From the NCBI GenBank assembly GCA_963809485.1, contig CAWEJX010000020.1, forward strand, positions 992,001 through 1,056,000: a DNA stretch of 64,000 nt. The letters run 5' to 3'. Below are positions 1 to 10,069 of the stretch, piece after piece; the stretch's first letter is position 1, and the number at the start of each line of letters is the position of its first letter. The DNA is from an uncultured Acidobacteriota bacterium (lineage in GTDB: Bacteria; Acidobacteriota; UBA6911). The notes beneath the pieces were generated by a model, which saw nothing but the letters and a program-made list of their open reading frames with translations, searched no databases and was not told the origin of the DNA. The position numbers were made by a program, and so were the translations under genes.

Positions 1-661
1 TTGTCCCCGCCAATACAACCATGGCAATCATAAGCAGGTAGGGAGCGCGTCGGAATAATTTTACGCGCGCCAACGGCATATCGGGCTGCGGGAGCGGGAG
101 CCGGGGCGATACGCGGCGGAAGGATATCAGGACAAAGAAGCAGAGCAGGTGAAATGCCGACAGGAGCAGCAACTCCTCGGCGGCCCATGATCGCGCTGCC
201 ATGCGCTCGGCGATGATGCCGCCCATGATCCCCCCCAGAGTGCCTACCCCCGTGATCCGTCCGAAGGCTTGCCTTGCGGCGCGTGGGTCAAAAGCCTCCG
301 TCATTAGCGACCAGAAGCCTGATAGGAGTATCGCGCTCAGGGCGACAATGTGGAAATAAACGACCAGCGACCATTTCGCCGGCGAATCCGGCCCGAAATA
401 ATACTCGGTGAAGTGCAATAAAGAACTGAGGAAAAATCCCGCAGGGACCATGGTGGCGGGACCGAAACGGCTCATCAGGCGGGAAAAGACAAGCACCATG
501 ACTACGGAAATGAAAGCCGCAGCGATAACCACTTTCGGCAGATCCGAGGCAGGGTAGTTGGACAAAAAGTACGAATCCCGGACAGCTTTTCCCGCCACCT
601 GGTGCGCCAGCATCAGGGCTGCCCCGATCATGGCAATCAACGTGGTCCGGCTGGTAGTCAA
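1..661 (-). CDS. Npt1/Npt2 (TLC/AAA)-like nucleotide transporter-family membrane protein, runs off window edge
   Basis: Manual translation from TTG at 661: MTTSRTTLIAMIGAALMLAHQVAGKAVRDSYFLSNYP...GFWSLMTEAFDPRAARQAFGRITGVGTLGG; the K-x-x-RD-x-x-FL and FDPR-x-A-x-x-x-FG motifs are typical of this family. Confidence 0.7.
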   Translation of the reverse strand, partial: MTTSRTTLIAMIGAALMLAHQVAGKAVRDSYFLSNYPASDLPKVVIAAAFISVVMVLVFSRLMSRFGPATMVPAGFFLSSLLHFTEYYFGPDSPAKWSLVVYFHIVALSAILLSGFWSLMTEAFDPRAARQAFGRITGVGTLGGIMGGIIAERMAARSWAAEELLLLSAFHLLCFFVLISFRRVSPRLPLPQPDMPLARVKLFRRAPYLLMIAMVVLAGT

Positions 662-676
662 GGTTTCAGCTCCGGA

Positions 677-2287
677 TTATGCCTTTGGCAATGAAATCGG
701 CGCTGCGACTCGGGACTGGCGCGCCGCCCGATAGGAAGACGTTGCCGGCAGATAGGTTTGCCACCATTCAGAAGCACGGTCCTGGGCCCAGACGGGAACG
801 CCGCAGTCTGCCAAAAGGTCGCTTAGTTCCCGGGCCGATGCCGGCCGGTCCTGAGGCTTCTTGGCAAGACAGCGGAGGATAATTTCCTCAAGCCGGGCAG
901 GCACCGGCAGTTCGCCTCGCTGCGAGGGCGGAACCGGCTGCTTTTGAACCTGCGCCAGTGCCGTTGCGGTTGCGGTCTTTTCTTCAAACACCGGCGCCCC
1001 GGTCAGCAGGAAATACCCGACGCAACCGAGCCCGTAAATGTCGACGCGGCCGTCTATTTCTACCTCGCCCATAGCGACCTCGGGAGCCATGTAGGCAGGC
1101 GTGCCGGCCGACATTCCTTCGATGGTCAGGTGCCGCGCCTCCGCCGAGGAAAGGTTCTTGACCAATCCAAAGTCGAGCACCTTGATGAAATCGTACTCAA
1201 TCCCGAGATTGCAGGCAAAGATGTTGCTCGGCTTGATGTCGCGGTGGATCAGCGCCCTCCTGTGCGCCTCCTCGAGTGATTCACAGACCTGGCGCAGGAC
1301 ATGAACCACGCGCGCCGCGGGCTGAGCGCCAAACTGGTCCACAAGCATTTGCAGGCTGATACCGTCGAGCAACTCCATGACATAATAAAAAGAACCGTCC
1401 ATCGAAATCCCGAAATCGAAAAGGTAGACCGTGTGCGGACACTGGAGGGAAGCTATCGCCTGGGCTTCGCGTTCGAAGCGCTTGCGCGTGACATCCGATT
1501 GATATACAGGCTGCCCCATCATCAGGTCGTTCCGGACCAGCTTTATGGCTGCGTCGCGCGCCAGCATGTGATGCCGCGCTCTCCACACTTCCCCCATGCC
1601 GCCGGAACCTATGAGCGACACCAGCTTGTAGGAACCCAGATCGCGCGCTTTCTGCGCGGCCGTTTCCATCCCGTAAATCCGCTTCGAGATCGCATAGGTC
1701 ATAAAAGCCATGATGTAGGGCACGTGAATCCAGACCATGAGACGGTTCAGGGGCAGCGCGGTGTTGCCAAACAAATGGATATTCAGATAATAGGCAAGCG
1801 GCCACATGCTTGCCGAGGCCAGCGCGGTCACTAACTTGATTCCGGGCTTGTTCGGGATCAGCAGTCCAACCACGGCAATCCAGAGCGCCACTTTGGAAAT
1901 TCCCAGGACGGGGTGATCCGGGGACATCGGCAGCCCGGTTTCGGTAAAACAAATAGCAAAGGAGACGGCCAACTCGAATGCCAGGCCGAGGTTCAATATG
2001 GCCAAAGGGGACACCAGGCGGAAATGACGGGCTGCGCTGATGCTCAGCGCAAATAAAACAACGGCTACCCATGTCCACAGGATCGGCGGCGTCTTGAGCA
2101 ATCCTGCCATTTCCGGCTGCATCGCGCGATGCACAAACGCCGAAAAGATAATCAAGCCGGAACAGATCACCAGAACCCAGCAAAGCCTCTGGACGGCGCT
2201 TTCGACCATTTGGGGCGCGAGAGTAGGCTTCGCAGACGCATCGGACCGCATCGCTGACGGCGTATACGCGCGCTCAATCTGGTGCAT
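677..2287 (-). CDS. Hanks-type Ser/Thr protein kinase with N-terminal multi-TM region
   Basis: GSGGMGEV, AIK, HRDIKPSN, DFG and GTPAYMAPE motifs; about 6 hydrophobic segments upstream. Confidence 0.95.
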   Translation of the reverse strand: MHQIERAYTPSAMRSDASAKPTLAPQMVESAVQRLCWVLVICSGLIIFSAFVHRAMQPEMAGLLKTPPILWTWVAVVLFALSISAARHFRLVSPLAILNLGLAFELAVSFAICFTETGLPMSPDHPVLGISKVALWIAVVGLLIPNKPGIKLVTALASASMWPLAYYLNIHLFGNTALPLNRLMVWIHVPYIMAFMTYAISKRIYGMETAAQKARDLGSYKLVSLIGSGGMGEVWRARHHMLARDAAIKLVRNDLMMGQPVYQSDVTRKRFEREAQAIASLQCPHTVYLFDFGISMDGSFYYVMELLDGISLQMLVDQFGAQPAARVVHVLRQVCESLEEAHRRALIHRDIKPSNIFACNLGIEYDFIKVLDFGLVKNLSSAEARHLTIEGMSAGTPAYMAPEVAMGEVEIDGRVDIYGLGCVGYFLLTGAPVFEEKTATATALAQVQKQPVPPSQRGELPVPARLEEIILRCLAKKPQDRPASARELSDLLADCGVPVWAQDRASEWWQTYLPATSSYRAARQSRVAAPISLPKA

Positions 2288-2458
2288 TCAAATCTCCTTT
2301 TGGATTCGAGTGTAGCACCACCGCAGGATCCGGCAAAAGCATTCGTTTGATTGAAGGTTACGGCTCACACGTTGCAGGATGCGGTCAGCTCAGATCTATA
2401 ACCTCTATGGACATGCTCCGCTGCACGCATCGCCGGGGAATCCTACGCGAAATATGGA

Positions 2459-3286
2459 CTAGAGACTCTGGCATTTTCCGCAGAAGTAAATGCTTCCGCC
2501 CAAGTAACTTTCTTTTTTGATCCTGGTTCCGCAGATAGGGCAGGGTTTGCCCGCCGTATTCCTGGACAGAATTGTCCGGTATCCGCCGCGGCAGCCGTAG
2601 AGATCCGTCTCGGTATCCCTGCCGCCGCCTTTCTTCATGTCCGCCAGTGTGGCTTTGACGGCCGTAAAAAGCTTCTCCCGGTCATTATCCGAAAATGCGC
2701 TTACCTTTTTCTTCGGATGCATCCCCGCGTGGAAAAGGATGTCCTGCAAAACTCCGTTGCCCAGACCCGGGATGCGCTGCTCGGTAGCCAGAAAAGCTTT
2801 GGCGCTGAGCTTCCGGACTTCAGGCGACGATACCATCCGGGAAAAGTAAGTTTTGCTGAATGCGGCTGAGAAAGGTGAAGGCTTTTCTTTGGCGACCTTA
2901 TAGTAGGGATTGTCCAATCCTCCTTCGACGAAGCAACCCATCCCCCCGTACATCTGCACGGATCCGCTCACTGCCGTCCCGTCCTCAAATTCGATCAGCA
3001 GCTGGTGTCTTGCAGGGCGGGGCTGATTCCGCTCATGGAAACGGATACCGACGCCTTCGGAGAATAAAATAATTGCTTCTCCCGCCTGAACCTCAACCAT
3101 GCCGCCGCTGGCGAAGGCCTTGCTGACGGTTTTTCCAGCCAGCAGATCGGAATATTTTCCACGGTCACCATAAAACCAGGCCAACTTGTGGGGAGTGAAG
3201 CCAGCCGTGATTCTGCTGATTTTCCGCTTCGCGAGAGCTTTATTCAATTGCCCTGCAATGACCTGAGCTTCCGGTAGTTCAATCAT
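2459..3286 (-). CDS. Fpg/Nei family DNA glycosylase-like protein
   Basis: Likely start MIELPEA; H2TH motif (IPGLGNG..QDILF); C-terminal zinc finger CPICG...FCGKCQ. Confidence 0.85.
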   Translation of the reverse strand: MIELPEAQVIAGQLNKALAKRKISRITAGFTPHKLAWFYGDRGKYSDLLAGKTVSKAFASGGMVEVQAGEAIILFSEGVGIRFHERNQPRPARHQLLIEFEDGTAVSGSVQMYGGMGCFVEGGLDNPYYKVAKEKPSPFSAAFSKTYFSRMVSSPEVRKLSAKAFLATEQRIPGLGNGVLQDILFHAGMHPKKKVSAFSDNDREKLFTAVKATLADMKKGGGRDTETDLYGCRGGYRTILSRNTAGKPCPICGTRIKKESYLGGSIYFCGKCQSL

Positions 3287-3363
3287 GGTTTTCCCCCTGT
3301 ATTTTTGGAGCACGTTTTCCCCGGTAGAGCCGGGGTAACTCCCAATGGAGTAAGGGCTCCACA

Positions 3364-3813
3364 TCACTCCATGATCTCAAGCAAAGCCATATTGGCGGTC
3401 TTGTGAACCATTCTTCGGGCATCCGCTTCGCAAAGGATTTCCCCGATTACGGCTTCCCCGACCAGCCAGACTGTGACTCCCTTCTGGAAACAGCCGGCCA
3501 TCGTCTGTCCAGCCCGGCCCACCGCCCCATGCATGTGGAGCACCGGACGGCCGTTTTCAGCCGGCGCGATAATTCCGCTGGCGAATGCATCCCCCGCCCC
3601 TTCGACCGGCAAAACAATCGGGTCCGGCCGGGCGTCTTCGGTTTTGCGGGGTCCGGCAACGAGATTGCCCTGGAAAATTCCCCCGATGAAAACAACCTGT
3701 GCCAGCCGGATTTGCTTTTCCGCCGCAAAGTCCTCGATGCATTTCGGAAGCGGATCACCATGCTCGAGACGCAAAACAAACGTCCTTCCTGCCTTGCCTT
3801 CCATTGCCTTCAT
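3364..3813 (-). CDS. PPC/DUF296 domain protein
   Basis: GRTFVLRLEHG..., LHMHGAVGR, G-x-L/F and GEAVIGE motifs; likely start MKAMEGK. Confidence 0.85.
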   Translation of the reverse strand: MKAMEGKAGRTFVLRLEHGDPLPKCIEDFAAEKQIRLAQVVFIGGIFQGNLVAGPRKTEDARPDPIVLPVEGAGDAFASGIIAPAENGRPVLHMHGAVGRAGQTMAGCFQKGVTVWLVGEAVIGEILCEADARRMVHKTANMALLEIME

Positions 3814-3942
3814 CGCCAAGCTCCTGCCGCAATATGTTTCACCCGCGAACTCATTGTGTGGTATGCCGGAAGAAAGGGGCCGAGGCGCAGCATAGCACAG
3901 CCGCTGCCGAAAGGAGCCTGGATAAAAATTCTTGAATATAGT

Positions 3943-4156
3943 CAGGTACCTCCGGCAAGGCCGGAGGCTTGAAAGATTTGAACCGCTCAAAGCGGTTGGA
4001 CTAGTTACGCCGGTCTTGAACGCTGACTTACGCGGGCAAAAGCCGACCCTCGCCGAACAAATCGACGTTTGTCAGCGCTTTTGTCAGCGTTTCTCAGCGT
4101 TTCAAAATACGGAGCTGTCAAACTCTTTGAGTCTCCCGGCAGAGCCGGGTTTACCA
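3943..4156. mobile_element. Non-autonomous IS200/IS605- or RAYT-like miniature element bounded by GC hairpins
   Basis: Hairpins CCTCCGGC-AAG-GCCGGAGG (~3948-3966) and CCCGGC-AGA-GCCGGG followed by TTTACC (~4135-4155); interior has no credible gene. Confidence 0.45.
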
Positions 4157-4382
4157 ATTTAATTAACTGTTTTGCGCGAAGACGCATACCCACATGAAAT
4201 ATCTCGTGGTCGATTGTGCAATCAGCTTTCAATTAAAGAATGACTGGTGCCGATAATAATTTTTGCGAACTCATTATGGATTTTTCTGATACGATCGATT
4301 GGATTGAAGCTCAATTCCATTTGTTCCATACTCCTTGTATTGGAACAAACCTGAACCGGGAACCGTAATTCAGTCTTGAGCA

Positions 4383-5339
4383 ATGCTTATGAAGCCGTCA
4401 TTCAATGTGTGCAAAGAACCAGGATCGAAAGTCCGGCTTCTGCTGATTATGTTTCTGTTTATCACGGCCGGCTCCGCCTGCTCGGTACGGAAGATCGCGA
4501 TCAAGAAGCTGGGAGATGCCCTGGCTCAAAGCGGGACAACTTTCGCTTCCGATAACGATCCTGAGCTTGTAAGGGATGCGCTTCCTTTCAGCCTGAAACT
4601 GATTGAGAGCCTGCTGTCGGAAAGCCCGAGGCACCGCGGACTGCTTTTTGCTGCCTCAAGCGGCTTCACTCAGTATGCCTATGGTTTCATCCGTCAGGAT
4701 GCGGATGAGATGGAACCCGAGGACCTGGCCCGTGCCCTGGAGATGAGAGCGCGGGCACGCGCCCTGTTTCTGCGGGCGCGCGATTACGGAATACGCGGCC
4801 TGGAAATCACCCACCCGGGTTTCTCCGACGCACTGAACAAGGATCCCGCGCTGACCGTAAAGGCCGCAAAGCCCGCCGACGTGCCGCTGCTCTACTGGAC
4901 GGCCGCGTCCTGGGGCCTTGCCATAACTCTATCGAAGAACGAGCCCGCCTTGATCGCTGACCAGCCCGTTGTGGAGGCACTGGTCGATCGAGCGCTCGAG
5001 CTGAATGAAGCCTTCGATCAAGGCGCCATACATTCCTTTCTAATCAGCTATGAACCCGTGCGGCAAGGCGCGCCGGGAGATCCGCTCGAGCGCGCCCGAA
5101 AGCATTTTGACCGCGCCCTGGCGCTCTCGGGCGGACACCAGGCCGGCCCGTTCGTTTCGCTTGCAGAATCGGTATCCGTGGCCCGGCAGGACCGGCGCGA
5201 GTTCCGGTCCATGCTCGAAAAGGCACTTGCCGTGGATGTGAACGCGAAGCCCGAATATAGGCTGGCAAACCTTATAATGCAGCGGAGAGCCCGATGGCTT
5301 CTGTTACGCATCGACGAGCTGTTCTTGAGCGCGGAGTAG
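4383..5339 (+). CDS. TRAP transporter TatT component (TPAT lipoprotein)
   Basis: Lipobox-like SAC; DPELVRDALPFSLKLIESLL; TPR-like helices; directly upstream of dctP/dctQM. Confidence 0.88.
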   Translation: MLMKPSFNVCKEPGSKVRLLLIMFLFITAGSACSVRKIAIKKLGDALAQSGTTFASDNDPELVRDALPFSLKLIESLLSESPRHRGLLFAASSGFTQYAYGFIRQDADEMEPEDLARALEMRARARALFLRARDYGIRGLEITHPGFSDALNKDPALTVKAAKPADVPLLYWTAASWGLAITLSKNEPALIADQPVVEALVDRALELNEAFDQGAIHSFLISYEPVRQGAPGDPLERARKHFDRALALSGGHQAGPFVSLAESVSVARQDRREFRSMLEKALAVDVNAKPEYRLANLIMQRRARWLLLRIDELFLSAE

Positions 5340-5576
5340 TTATTAGTTATTAGCTATAGGCTAATAGGGATTAGGGATTAGGTAGAATTGGGTAATGCGG
5401 CGATGGGGCGCAAGAAAACAGCGCAACAAAATGGCCGGGATTGGGAGCAGGTATAGAAGAAGCCGAAGGGCGACGCTTCCGGTCTTTGGATGGGATTGAC
5501 AAAATCCCCGATCAGCAAAAATGCCAGGGATTCAAATCACGGATCTGCTGAAACAAAGGCATTTGGGAGAGATTGA

Positions 5577-6617
5577 ATGAAAAGGAAGAGGGGCTTAACC
5601 GCGACCATCGGCTTTGCAGTGCTCGGAGTGTTCCTGATCGCCTTCGTACACGATGATACCAAAGCCATGGATCCGGTTCCCATACGGCTGGGCACTTTGG
5701 CGCCCACCGGCAGTTCATTCCATACGGCCCTCATCGAAATGGGTCAGAAATGGCGCAACGCAAGCGGCGGCGCCGTTAAATTAACCATATATCCGGATGG
5801 AACGCAGGGCGGCGAGGCCGATATGGTGCGCATGATGCGCGCCGGCATCCTGACCGCGGGCCTGTTCACGGTCGTCGGCCTTAGCGAAATCGACTCATCC
5901 GTCGGATGCCTGTCCTTTCTTCCCCTGACATTCCGTTCCTGGGAGGAATATGACTACGTTCGGGAGAAGATGGCCCCGAAGCTCGAAAGGCTGCTTCTGG
6001 AGAAAGGCTTCGTCGTCCTTTTCTGGGGTGACGCCGGATGGGTGCGGTTTTTCTCCAAAACGCCGGCCATACGCCCAGACGACTTCAAGCAGCTGAAGAT
6101 TTTCACCTGGGCGGGAGATGCCTATCAGGTGGACCTTATGAAAGCATTGGGCTATCACCCGGTGCCTCTGGAAACAGCCAATATTCTGCCGGGACTGCGA
6201 ACGAACCTGATCAACGCTATTCCGCTTCCGCCAAGCCAGGCTCTGCTGGGCCAGTGCTACACGGCAGCGCCCAACATGCTGGCGCTGAAATGGACTGTTC
6301 TCTCGGGCGGAGCCATAATCCGTAAGGAAACCTGGGACAAAATCCCTGCCGATGTACAGAAACAGTTGCGCGAAGCAGCCGCCATGGCAGGCAGTAGAAT
6401 CCGCGCCAGCGATCGGAAAGAAGACGATGAATCCATAGCCGCCATGCAGAAAAAGGGATTGGCCGTGCATCCGGTTACGCCCCAGGTCGAGGAGGAATGG
6501 CGGAAATTGACCGGGATCATCTACCCCCAGCTGCGCGGGAAAAAGGTGCCGGCGGATATCTTCGATGAAGTGCAGCGCCTGGTTTCCGAGTACCGGGCAA
6601 AAGGAACAGGTAAATGA
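5577..6617 (+). CDS. dctP: TRAP substrate-binding protein DctP (TatP-type)
   Basis: IRLGTLAP.GS, LTIYPDGTQGGEADMV and GWVRFFSK.P motifs. Confidence 0.9.
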   Translation: MKRKRGLTATIGFAVLGVFLIAFVHDDTKAMDPVPIRLGTLAPTGSSFHTALIEMGQKWRNASGGAVKLTIYPDGTQGGEADMVRMMRAGILTAGLFTVVGLSEIDSSVGCLSFLPLTFRSWEEYDYVREKMAPKLERLLLEKGFVVLFWGDAGWVRFFSKTPAIRPDDFKQLKIFTWAGDAYQVDLMKALGYHPVPLETANILPGLRTNLINAIPLPPSQALLGQCYTAAPNMLALKWTVLSGGAIIRKETWDKIPADVQKQLREAAAMAGSRIRASDRKEDDESIAAMQKKGLAVHPVTPQVEEEWRKLTGIIYPQLRGKKVPADIFDEVQRLVSEYRAKGTGK

Positions 6618-8473
6618 GCGTTGGAACGGTGGAAGTTGCGGGCGCTTCCGATCTGGACAGGTGGATTCGGCCATTCCGGGGAGGCGGCGCTCGAAATCTG
6701 GAAAACCTCCTGATGACGTTTTGCCTGGCCGCGATGGTCCTGCTGCCCCTGGCCGATATCGCCCTGCGCTCCAGCACAATTGTCCTGTCCGGTTCGAGCG
6801 CTATCCAGTGCCATTTGACGCTGTTTGTCTGCATGATCGGGGGCGCCCTCGCCGCGCGCGAGGCGCGGCATCTTTCGCTTTCAACGGTAACGGTTTTTCT
6901 GAAGGGTCGCGCCAAAGATTATGCGCGCCTTTTCAGCGGAGCTTTTGCAGCCGCAACGACTTTTTTCCTTTTTATCGCCAGTCTCCGCTTTGTGCTCCAG
7001 CAGCGTGAGGCAGGCAACATCCTGGTTTACGGAATTCCAATTTGGGTAGCGCAGACCATTCTCCCGTTGGGATTCGCCGTCATAACGGTACGCCTCCTGA
7101 AGCACGCCGCCGACAGTTGGGCCGGACGGGGCGTCGCAACACTCATCGCCTGTGCGCTGACGGCAACGATAGCCTATCTGCCGGCGGATCCATCCCGGTG
7201 GGTCCTCCCTACCCTGCTGATACTTCTGGTTGCGACCATTCTCGGCGCTCCCATTTTCGTAACGCTCGGGGGCGCCGCGCTCATACTTCTCTGGGGCGAT
7301 GCCGTCCCCATCGAAATGATGCCCATCCGGCATTACCAGCAGGTCACCAATGCATCGCTGCCGGCGATTCCGATGTTTACGCTGGCCGGCTACCTGCTGG
7401 CGGAAGGCGGCGCCGCCAGAAGGCTGATTCGGGTTTTTCAAGCCCTGGTGGGTCATATCCGGGGCGGTCCGGCCATCGCGGCAGTCCTTGCCTGCGCCTT
7501 TTTCACCAGTTTCACCGGCGCATCCGGAATTACTATCCTTGCCCTGGGCGCCCTCCTTATGCCGGTTCTGCTGTCGGCGCGCTACGCCGAAAGAGATGCT
7601 CTAGGCCTGCTGACGGGTTCGGGATCCATTGGGCTTCTCTTCCCGCCCTGTCTGCCCGTAATTCTCTACGCGATCATCGCCAACACTGATATCAACCAGA
7701 TGTTCCTGGGCGGCATCTTCCCCGGAATCCTCATGGTCGTGGCCGCATGTATCTGGGGGGTCTCCAGGAGTCCCAAAATCATCGCATCCGAGGGCAAAGG
7801 ATTCCAATGGGCCGAAGCCCGAAGCGCTTTATGGGATGCAAAATGGGAACTCCTGCTGCCGGTTGTCGCCTGCGCAGCTCTTTTCAGCGGTTATGCGACT
7901 GCCGTGGAGGCTTCCGCCATCACGGCCCTCTATGCCTTTGTCGCAGAATGCCTGGTTTACAGGGATCTGAAAATTACCCGCGATCTCCCCCGCGTGATAG
8001 CGGAATGCGGTCTGCTGGTGGGCGCCATCCTGCTGATCCTGGGTGTTGCGCTGGGCTTCACAGGGTACCTTGTCCAGGCTCAGGTCCCCGAACAGCTGAT
8101 TGCCTGGGTTCAGAATACCGTGCATTCGCCCCTGCTCTTCCTGCTTGCCCTCAACTGCTTTTTGCTCATCGTCGGCTGCCTGATGGATATTTTTTCCGCA
8201 ATTATTGTCGTGGTGCCGCTACTGAAGCCGCTGGGGGCGGCGTTCGGGATCGACCCGGTCCACCTTGGAATCATTTTCCTGGCCAACCTGGAGTTGGGCT
8301 ATCTGACCCCGCCCGTCGGATTGAATCTGTTCCTGTCATCTTATCGCTTCAACAAGCCGATGCCCCAGGTATGGAACTCGATCATTCCGATCCTTCTCGT
8401 GCTGCTGTGCGGCGTCCTGCTGATCACATACGTGCCTGCGCTGTCGACGATTCTGCCGCAGCACTTCAGGTGA
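6614..8473 (+). CDS. Fused TRAP permease DctQM
   Basis: N-terminal small-subunit motif (REARHLSL); C-terminal DctM motifs AIPMFTLAG, FTGASG, GIDPVHLGIIFLANLELGYLTPPVG. Confidence 0.92.
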   Translation: MSVGTVEVAGASDLDRWIRPFRGGGARNLENLLMTFCLAAMVLLPLADIALRSSTIVLSGSSAIQCHLTLFVCMIGGALAAREARHLSLSTVTVFLKGRAKDYARLFSGAFAAATTFFLFIASLRFVLQQREAGNILVYGIPIWVAQTILPLGFAVITVRLLKHAADSWAGRGVATLIACALTATIAYLPADPSRWVLPTLLILLVATILGAPIFVTLGGAALILLWGDAVPIEMMPIRHYQQVTNASLPAIPMFTLAGYLLAEGGAARRLIRVFQALVGHIRGGPAIAAVLACAFFTSFTGASGITILALGALLMPVLLSARYAERDALGLLTGSGSIGLLFPPCLPVILYAIIANTDINQMFLGGIFPGILMVVAACIWGVSRSPKIIASEGKGFQWAEARSALWDAKWELLLPVVACAALFSGYATAVEASAITALYAFVAECLVYRDLKITRDLPRVIAECGLLVGAILLILGVALGFTGYLVQAQVPEQLIAWVQNTVHSPLLFLLALNCFLLIVGCLMDIFSAIIVVVPLLKPLGAAFGIDPVHLGIIFLANLELGYLTPPVGLNLFLSSYRFNKPMPQVWNSIIPILLVLLCGVLLITYVPALSTILPQHFR

Positions 8474-8551
8474 TCCTGTAAGGACGGTTCTCAGGAACCG
8501 TCCCCGGACCGCGGCGATAGAGTGCCGCATTTGCAGAGAAAGGAATTGTTC

Positions 8552-10045
8552 ATGAACGTCGCTGATTTGTTTGCGAACGCTGCAGTCTGTTATCCGGGAA
8601 AAAATGCGCTGATCTTCGGAGACCGGGCCTATACCTATAACGAGATGAACCGGATCATTGCAGGGGTGGCAGCTTATTTGAAGACACTGGGCATCGTCCG
8701 AGGGGACCGCATCTCGCTTTACATGCTGAACCGGCCCGAATGGATCATGGCTTACTATGGCGCGGCCAGAATCGGCGCAATAACCGTTTGCGTGCCGGGA
8801 GCATACAAGACGGATGAAGTCAAAAATGTGGTGAATGACTCGAAATCCTCAATCCTGATAACCTCCGAATCCCATCAGTCGCTGCTCCCTGCACCTGAGG
8901 CGATACCCGGAATAAGGGAAGTCATTGTGGTCGAGCGGGACGAGGTTCTGCAATCCATCCTGAAGGGAGAAAACGCAAACTTCTGCGACACGGACACCGA
9001 TATCACCGGCGACGATGCCTGCGCGATACTGTACACGGGGGGAACGACAGGCACGCCCAAGGGCGCCATGCTGACGCACCGGAACCTTATCTACAGCGCA
9101 CAAAATGTCATTTATCACGAACGGATGGTTCCCGAAGACATAGGATCATGCTTCCTTCCTCTCAACCATGTCTTCGCCCAATGCCATATTATGCATACGG
9201 TCTTTTGCGCCTGCGCCACACTGGTGCTTTTCCCCGGCTTCGATATGGACAGGGTAACCGCAGCCGTTACGGAACATAACGTGACCCGTTTCTACGCCGT
9301 TCCCACCGTCTTCATCCGCTATCTGAACAATCCGGAAACAAGGAAACAGCTGAAAAGCGTCCGTTACGTATTTTCGGGAGGAACCAGCATGCCCGCCGAA
9401 ATAGTACGGCAATGGGAGGACGCTTACGGCACCCGCATTCACGAAGCCTACGGGATGACGGAGGCCGCTTCCCTGGTGACTTTTAATCACATCTTCCGGC
9501 ACAAGATCGGGTCCATCGGAATGCCCGGAGGCATCATCGAGGTAAAGGTTGTGGATGAAAACGACAGGGAAGTCAGGCAGGGGCAGCAGGGCGAAATTAT
9601 TATACGGGGCCCCAATATCATGAAGGGCTATTTCCAGCAGCCCGAGGAGACGGCCATGTCCCTCCGCAACGGATGGTTTCACTCCGGGGACGTGGGCGTC
9701 TTCGACGAAGAGGGGTATCTTTTTATTGTGGACCGCATCAAGGACATCATCATTACCGGCGGCGAGAATGTCTATCCCAAGGAAGTCGAGGACACGCTCC
9801 ATCAGCACAGGGCCGTCAACGAATGCGGGGTTGTGGGTTTGCCCGATCGTGAATATGGAGAAGCCGTTACCGCTTTCGTGACATTGAAACCGGGCATCTC
9901 CGCGGATGAACGCACTCTCATTGCATTCTGCAAGGAAAAGATGGCCGGCTACAAAGTACCCAAGAAAATCCGCTTTGTTGCCGACCTGCCGAAAACGCCG
10001 CAGGGCAAAATTCTCCGCCGGGAATTGCGGAAAGTTACGAACTGA
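8552..10045 (+). CDS. Long-chain fatty-acid--CoA ligase family (AMP-binding)
   Basis: YTGGTTGTPKG, YGMTE, GWFHSGD, DRIKDIIITGGEN and PKTPQGK motifs. Confidence 0.93.
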   Translation: MNVADLFANAAVCYPGKNALIFGDRAYTYNEMNRIIAGVAAYLKTLGIVRGDRISLYMLNRPEWIMAYYGAARIGAITVCVPGAYKTDEVKNVVNDSKSSILITSESHQSLLPAPEAIPGIREVIVVERDEVLQSILKGENANFCDTDTDITGDDACAILYTGGTTGTPKGAMLTHRNLIYSAQNVIYHERMVPEDIGSCFLPLNHVFAQCHIMHTVFCACATLVLFPGFDMDRVTAAVTEHNVTRFYAVPTVFIRYLNNPETRKQLKSVRYVFSGGTSMPAEIVRQWEDAYGTRIHEAYGMTEAASLVTFNHIFRHKIGSIGMPGGIIEVKVVDENDREVRQGQQGEIIIRGPNIMKGYFQQPEETAMSLRNGWFHSGDVGVFDEEGYLFIVDRIKDIIITGGENVYPKEVEDTLHQHRAVNECGVVGLPDREYGEAVTAFVTLKPGISADERTLIAFCKEKMAGYKVPKKIRFVADLPKTPQGKILRRELRKVTN

Positions 10046-10069
10046 ATCAAAGCTCCAAGGAGAATTGCA

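Noticed and set aside
5335-5395. Heptamer-like repeats here, at 16180-16215 and at 47485-47510
   Set aside because: Short intergenic simple repeats with no associated gene or structure that I can support.
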